Positions 58,736-64,000 of a DNA stretch of 64,000 bases are shown piece after piece. A program made the translations under genes and the position numbers. The notes beneath the pieces are model-generated. The model searched no databases, had not been told where the DNA came from, and saw only the letters and a list, made by a program, of their open reading frames with translations. Position 1 is the first letter of the stretch. Every line of letters starts with the position of its first letter. Origin of the DNA: Patescibacteria group bacterium (GTDB lineage: Bacteria > Patescibacteriota > Patescibacteriia > Patescibacteriales > JAQVLT01); NCBI GenBank assembly GCA_028704015.1, contig JAQVLT010000004.1, positions 6,052-70,051 on the forward strand. Direction: 5' to 3'.

Positions 58736-60322
58736 TTATCTTATTAAACTCCTACCCGTTATTTCTTTCGTTTTTTTTCTATTTAGCAAATCCAATATAG
58801 TTGGCATAATATCGCCTAAATTTCCACCTTTACGTAATTTAATATTCGGCTCTAAATTTTTTCCGACGATAATAAATGGAACGGAGTTAACCGAATGTTT
58901 TGTATCAACTTCTCCGGTTTCCAGATTTATCATTTCTTCAATATTGCCGTGATCGGCTGTTACCAAAACCGTACCGCCAATTCTCAAATAAGCCCTAACA
59001 ATATCTCCCAAATAATGATCCACGGCTTCACAACATTTAATTCCCGCCTCCAAATTGCCGGTGTGTGCCACCATGTCTGGAGCGGCGAAATTTAAAACCG
59101 TAAAATCGTATTTCCATTTTTTTTCTATTTTATTCAAATTTTTAATCACCTTAATAGATAATTCCTTGGTTCTCATTGCTGGTGTTTCATCATACGATTT
59201 TACATCCGGCGAAGGAATCATTTGCTGTTCCTCGCCATTAACCCTGCCGGAATAGCCGCCGTTGAAAAAATAAGTAACATGGGCGTATTTTTCTGTCTCG
59301 GCAATATAAAGCTGAGTTAAATCTGATAATACCATAGGCAGGGTATTTTTCAAGTCTAAACTCGGAAATGCGGAAAGAATAGAATCTAGGTCAGGACCAA
59401 AATCAGTCATAGCAACAAAAAATAAATTTTTTAATACCTTTTTTCTTTTAAATGCTGCGGGGTTATCTTTATTAAAATCTTTTTGCACAAAAACTTTGGA
59501 AAGCTGGCGAGCCCGATCAGACCGCAAATTAAAAAAAATGACGCTGTCATTATCATTAATCCTCGGGCATTGTTTTAATTTGCTATTTAAAATAATATGC
59601 GGCTCAAGAAATTCATCGCTCTCCCCCTGATTATAACTTTTGGTAATAGCTTCTTCGGCGCTCTTGGCGGTTTTACCTTCGCCCATAACTAAGGCATTGT
59701 AAGCTTTCTCAGTTCTAATCCACTTTTTCTTTCTATCCATAGCATAAAAACGCCCCATAACCGTAGCAATGCATTCGCCATTTTTAAATGATTTACGCAA
59801 ATCCTGCACTAATTTTAAAGAAGCATATTTTCCCGAATCACGGCCATCGGTAAAAAGATGCAAATACACATTTTTTATATCATTCCTTTTGGCAAATTCT
59901 AACAAGGCAAGCAAATGATCGGGATCGCTATGCGGACTCTGGCCGTTAGAAAGCATCCCCATAATATGAAGATTTGATTTATTTTTTTCAACATGTTTAA
60001 CCGCTTCAAGAAAAGCGGTATTTTTAAAAAATATCCCGTCAGTGATGCTTTTGCTAATACGCACTTCATCTTGTTCCACTACTCTTCCCGCGCCAATGTT
60101 CATATGTCCGGCTTCACTATTTCCGACTTGATTATCCGGCAGACCGACACACTCGCCATGAGCACAAAGCAATGTATTTGGATATTTTTTTAAAAGCCCG
60201 TTCATAGTCGGTGTTTTTGCTAAAGTTACCGCATTTCCTTTGTTGGGCGGCGCAATCCCCCAGCCGTCAAGAATGACGAGAACTAAGGGTAGTATATTTT
60301 TTCCTTTCGGTTTATTTTTCAT
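58736..60322 (-). CDS. gpmI: 2,3-bisphosphoglycerate-independent phosphoglycerate mutase (copy 2, tandem paralog)
   Basis: ILDGWG, GHMNIGAGR and ADHGN motifs; 528 aa. Clearly diverged from copy 1 but co-linear. Confidence 0.85.
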   Translation of the reverse strand: MKNKPKGKNILPLVLVILDGWGIAPPNKGNAVTLAKTPTMNGLLKKYPNTLLCAHGECVGLPDNQVGNSEAGHMNIGAGRVVEQDEVRISKSITDGIFFKNTAFLEAVKHVEKNKSNLHIMGMLSNGQSPHSDPDHLLALLEFAKRNDIKNVYLHLFTDGRDSGKYASLKLVQDLRKSFKNGECIATVMGRFYAMDRKKKWIRTEKAYNALVMGEGKTAKSAEEAITKSYNQGESDEFLEPHIILNSKLKQCPRINDNDSVIFFNLRSDRARQLSKVFVQKDFNKDNPAAFKRKKVLKNLFFVAMTDFGPDLDSILSAFPSLDLKNTLPMVLSDLTQLYIAETEKYAHVTYFFNGGYSGRVNGEEQQMIPSPDVKSYDETPAMRTKELSIKVIKNLNKIEKKWKYDFTVLNFAAPDMVAHTGNLEAGIKCCEAVDHYLGDIVRAYLRIGGTVLVTADHGNIEEMINLETGEVDTKHSVNSVPFIIVGKNLEPNIKLRKGGNLGDIMPTILDLLNRKKTKEITGRSLIR

Positions 60323-61586
60323 AAATATTTTTTAAATTTTCTTCAATTTCCATCAAGCGATTATATTTTGCCAATCTCTCGCCACGCGATAATGATCCGG
60401 CTTTTATATAATCCGCGCCCACCGCCACCGCCAGATCAGCGATAAAATCATCGCAAGTTTCGCCGCTCCGATGTGAAATCATAATTTTATAATTATGCTT
60501 CTGCGCCAATTTTATGCATTCAATTGTTTCGGTTAAAGTTCCAATTTGATTAGGTTTGATTAAAATTGAATTGGCGACTTTTTCTTTTAACCCTTGGCGA
60601 AAACGTTCGGTGTTGGTGGTAAACAAATCGTCGCCGATGAGCATAATTTCTTTGCCCAATTCGCGAGTTAATTCTTTCCAGCCATCCCAATCATCTTCCG
60701 CCACACCATCCTCAATAGAGATTATCGGAAATTTTCTCAACCATTCATTATACAAACCAACCAAAGTATTGGCGGTAAAATTTGCTTGATCCAATTTAAA
60801 AATATATTTTTTGGTTTCCGGATTATAAAGAGTTGAAGAGCCAACATCAATGCCAATGCCCAAATCTTTTCCCGGATTGTAGCCGGCGTTTAAAATCGCC
60901 GCCATGATAAATTCCAGCGCTTGAATACTTGAAGACAAATCAGGCGCGTAGCCGCCTTCGTTGCCGACATCCGTGTCAAATCCGCCGCGCTTCAAAACCT
61001 TTCCTAATTCATGAAAAATTTCCGAACCCATTCTCACCTTCTCGGAAAAACTGATATTTTTTGTGGGAATAATTAGAAATTCCTGAAAATCAAGATTGGT
61101 ATCAGCGTGTTTCCCGCCGTTAAAAATGTTAAAAGCAGGAATCGGTAATTTAAAACTTTCAGTTGAAAAATGAAAGTTTTTAGCGATATATTTATATAAT
61201 TCAAGATTGATAGCTATAGCGCCGGCTCGAGCACAAGCTAATGAAACCGAAAGAATCGCGTTGGCGCCTAAATTTCTTTTATTTTTAGAGCCGTCATAAT
61301 CAATCATTGCTCGATCAATTTTTTCTTGTTCATTAATATCAAAATTTATCAATTTTTTAGCGATAATTTCATTGACATTTTTTATCGCTTTAAACACGCC
61401 CATTCCGCCATAACGACCCAAGTCACCATCCCGAAGCTCCAAAGCTTCATACGAGCCCGTAGAGGCCCCGGAGGGCACACTGGCTTTAGCAACCATACCA
61501 TTATCCAGCTCTATTTTTGTTTCAATTGTCGGATTACCGCGCGAATCAAGAATTTCCCGCGCCGTTATATTTTTAATTTTTGGCAT
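60312..61586 (-). CDS. eno: Enolase
   Basis: SHRSGETCD motif and the IKAGSLSRGERLAKYNRLMEIE C-terminal region; 424 aa. Confidence 0.9.
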   Translation of the reverse strand: MPKIKNITAREILDSRGNPTIETKIELDNGMVAKASVPSGASTGSYEALELRDGDLGRYGGMGVFKAIKNVNEIIAKKLINFDINEQEKIDRAMIDYDGSKNKRNLGANAILSVSLACARAGAIAINLELYKYIAKNFHFSTESFKLPIPAFNIFNGGKHADTNLDFQEFLIIPTKNISFSEKVRMGSEIFHELGKVLKRGGFDTDVGNEGGYAPDLSSSIQALEFIMAAILNAGYNPGKDLGIGIDVGSSTLYNPETKKYIFKLDQANFTANTLVGLYNEWLRKFPIISIEDGVAEDDWDGWKELTRELGKEIMLIGDDLFTTNTERFRQGLKEKVANSILIKPNQIGTLTETIECIKLAQKHNYKIMISHRSGETCDDFIADLAVAVGADYIKAGSLSRGERLAKYNRLMEIEENLKNIYEK

Positions 61587-61665
61587 ACTTTATTATTGTT
61601 ATATAAAAATTTAAACGGACAAAATTCTGACAAACTTTCAACTTTATGAACTTTATAACTTTTAA

Positions 61666-62427
61666 CTACAATATTTCATATTCTACAATCGCATTGATTA
61701 TTATCTCGGTGCTTCCGGCTTCAACTTGCGGCGCTGGCACTGCAACAGAACTCATTGCTTTTTCCGCCCCCATTCCATAATCGCGATAAATTGACGATGG
61801 TTCATTTATTGACTCGCTAAAACTGATAATTTTCCCCAATTTTACTCCGGCAATCTTTGCCAGTGCTTCCGCTTTTTCTTTAGCCGCTTTAATTGCCAAT
61901 TCCCGCGCTTGTTGTTTTAAATTTTCCGGATTATCAATTTCAAAAGCCAAACTGCCAACTTGATTTAAATCCAGTTGTCCGGCCGAATCTAAAATACTGC
62001 TAACCTTATCTATCTCGCGAACTTTTATACTGACGTTCTGGCTTACTTGATAACCGCGTAAAGTTTGCCTATTATTGCTCCAGTCATATTGCGGATATAT
62101 ATTATAATTAGTGGTTTGAATATCTTTTGCATCAATTTTAAAATCTTTTTTTAGTTTATCAATCAACGCGTTCATTTTGTCGGTATTATCTTTCTGCGCT
62201 TCGGCAACAGTTTTCTTTTCTATATTATATCCTAATTGAATTTTCGCTATATCAGGCACGCCCACTACCTTGCCTTCACCGGTAATTGTAATTGAATGTC
62301 TCTGCTCGGCTGAAATGCCAATATAGTCATAAGTTTTCATAGCGTTTCTGCTCAAGACGCCCAAATAAATCACGCCGGCAACCGCTAAAATGCCGAGTAA
62401 AATTGAGATGATTTTGTGTTGTTGCAT
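61666..62427 (-). CDS. SIMPL-domain (DUF541) periplasmic protein
   Basis: N-terminal TM or signal and the DUF541 pattern (GYQVSQNVSIKVREIDKVSSILD). Confidence 0.6.
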   Translation of the reverse strand: MQQHKIISILLGILAVAGVIYLGVLSRNAMKTYDYIGISAEQRHSITITGEGKVVGVPDIAKIQLGYNIEKKTVAEAQKDNTDKMNALIDKLKKDFKIDAKDIQTTNYNIYPQYDWSNNRQTLRGYQVSQNVSIKVREIDKVSSILDSAGQLDLNQVGSLAFEIDNPENLKQQARELAIKAAKEKAEALAKIAGVKLGKIISFSESINEPSSIYRDYGMGAEKAMSSVAVPAPQVEAGSTEIIINAIVEYEIL

Positions 62428-62479
62428 AGTTTTAAAAAATTAAATAAATTATAAATTTAAAATATATTTCTAAGACAAA

Positions 62480-63682
62480 TTATTTTACTATGTCTTCCAA
62501 CCCCGGCATTTTTTCGCCGCCCAAATATGCAAGCATTGCTCCGCCGGCAGTTGAAACCCAGTCAATTTCATCTTCCGCTTTGGCTAATTTCAAAGATTCA
62601 ATTGTTTCTCCTCCGCCAACTACGCCATAAGCTTTTCCGCGAGAACGACTGGAAACATAATTCGCAATCGCGATCGTTCCATGTTTAAAATGTATATTTT
62701 CAAACATTCCCATTGGCCCATTCCAGATTATTGTTTGCGCCTTTTTTATAAAATGCGAAAATAATCTGATTGTTTCCGGTCCGATATCTAAAATTATATC
62801 ATTTTTTTCAATATCGTTTATTTTTTTAACTTTTACTATTTTACCTTGAAAATCTTGGCTAATTACCGCATCAACCGGTAAAATTATATTTTTATAGCTT
62901 AATTTTTTCGCAATATCAATACTTTCTTTGTCGGCCATGGATTTTCCAACCTGGAATCCGCGAGCGGCGAGAAAATTATTTGCCATAACCCCGCCGATCA
63001 ACAGACGAAATGATTTTTTGCCAAGATTTTTAATCAATGGCAATTTGGTGGCGATTTTCGCTCCGCCCAATATTGTAATTAACGGCTGTTTCGGATACAA
63101 AACCTTGTCTAAGCTATTTACTTCTTTTTCTAACAATAAACCAGCGTAAGCGGGCAAATATTTTTTTATTGCGCTTAAAGAAGCGTGATTTCTGTGACTG
63201 ACTGCAAAGGCATCATTAACGTAAACATCCGCGAGACGAGCTAACTCGCGAGCAAATTGCGGATTGTTTTCTTCTTCGCCGCTATGCCGACGCACATCTT
63301 CTAGCATTAATATTTCTCCGGGTTTTAATCTGCGAGCTTCTCCTTGCGCCTTCTCTCCGATACAATCGTTGATATATTTAACTTCGCGATTTAACAATTT
63401 GCTCAGTCTTTGGGCGATTATTTTAGTGGAGCTCTTTTCTCTTTTTTTCATTTTTCGCTTATCTTTTTTCGTATCAGAAAGATGGGTCAAAATTACAACT
63501 TTACATTTATAACGCAAAAGATAACGAATAGTCGGCAATGAAGAAATTATTTTATAATCATCTTGAATTTTTCCCCCGCTTACCGGAACATTAAAATCTG
63601 ACCGCAGTAATACGGTTTTTTTACTAATATTTTTAGCTTTATTCAACGCTCTAATTTTATTATTACCTTCTGCTATTAGCAT
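62480..63682 (-). CDS. pgk: Phosphoglycerate kinase
   Basis: RSDFNVP N-terminal motif, GGGETIESL and C-terminal STAGGAMLAYLGG. It contains a short Lys-rich insertion. Confidence 0.85.
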   Translation of the reverse strand: MLIAEGNNKIRALNKAKNISKKTVLLRSDFNVPVSGGKIQDDYKIISSLPTIRYLLRYKCKVVILTHLSDTKKDKRKMKKREKSSTKIIAQRLSKLLNREVKYINDCIGEKAQGEARRLKPGEILMLEDVRRHSGEEENNPQFARELARLADVYVNDAFAVSHRNHASLSAIKKYLPAYAGLLLEKEVNSLDKVLYPKQPLITILGGAKIATKLPLIKNLGKKSFRLLIGGVMANNFLAARGFQVGKSMADKESIDIAKKLSYKNIILPVDAVISQDFQGKIVKVKKINDIEKNDIILDIGPETIRLFSHFIKKAQTIIWNGPMGMFENIHFKHGTIAIANYVSSRSRGKAYGVVGGGETIESLKLAKAEDEIDWVSTAGGAMLAYLGGEKMPGLEDIVK

Positions 63683-63762
63683 GGCATTATTATAACATTT
63701 TTTTTGAATAAAAAAAAGAATAATCCGACTTCTCGGATTATTCTTTTTATTTTAACTCCATT

Positions 63763-64000
63763 TTAATTGGAAATTTTGCCTAATTCTATTGCTGCCTCCT
63801 GGCTCTTGCCTTCTCTGGAAAATATCAAATTAATCTTATCGCCGGCTAAATAATTCTGCATTAAATCAAATAGTCTGACATCTTTGTTCATTTCAACATT
63901 GTCAAAAGAAATGATTATATCACCTTCTTTTAAACCGGCCTTATCGGCGGAACTATTTTTTACTACGCTGGCGCCAGAAGAATTCTTATAAATCAAAATT
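63763..64000 (-). CDS. PDZ-domain C-terminus of a protease/periplasmic protein (3'-end only; gene continues beyond window)
   Basis: GLKEGDIIISFDNVEM PDZ carboxylate-binding region. The ORF is open to the window edge. Confidence 0.5.
   Translation of the reverse strand, partial: ILIYKNSSGASVVKNSSADKAGLKEGDIIISFDNVEMNKDVRLFDLMQNYLAGDKINLIFSREGKSQEAAIELGKISN

Overview
This is a 64 kb window from an AT-rich, gene-dense bacterial chromosome. GC is about one third by eye, and a few sharply GC-richer islets stand out. The gene content fits a reduced-genome lineage such as Candidate Phyla Radiation/Patescibacteria. That call is inference from many lineage-typical hypothetical membrane and secreted proteins, heavy investment in glycosyltransferases and cell-envelope enzymes, and only core information-processing genes. 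No tool was run, so every assignment below rests on motifs read by eye.

Recognisable core genes:
- An Fe-S assembly locus: Rrf2/IscR-like regulator, IscU, Nfu and cysteine desulfurase.
- clpB, preceded by a perfect CIRCE operator.
- gltX, serS, lysS, greA, ddl with an ftsQ-like gene, rlmN, pgeF, rpmE-prfA-prmC, rplY/ctc, a SEDS (ftsW/rodA) gene and gyrB.
- A glycolytic block: pgk, a SIMPL-domain gene, eno and two tandem gpmI paralogs.
- A Wzx/GT4/GT2/DUF192/O-antigen-ligase-like glycan operon.
- One tRNA (Pro-CGG) with an upstream 5'-half pseudo-tRNA copy, and an XerC/D-type tyrosine recombinase.

Less ordinary content:
- An autonomous GC-rich cassette at 18690-19600: consensus sigma70 promoter, strong SD, a 222-aa unknown protein and two tandem terminators. 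It is inserted between a uppS-like gene and clpB.
- Several smaller GC-rich mini-cassettes with their own SD and terminators.
- A family of palindromic/MITE-like elements with TTTTGTCAT...ATGACAAAA termini. One of them supplies the last codons of a GT26-NUDIX fusion gene.
- A shared 20-nt palindrome at two loci.
- An HD / deoxyribosyltransferase-like / 2H-phosphoesterase trio downstream of lysS.
- A CDP-alcohol phosphatidyltransferase sandwiched between two GT-C-like polytopic membrane proteins.

No rRNA, CRISPR array or obvious prophage was seen.
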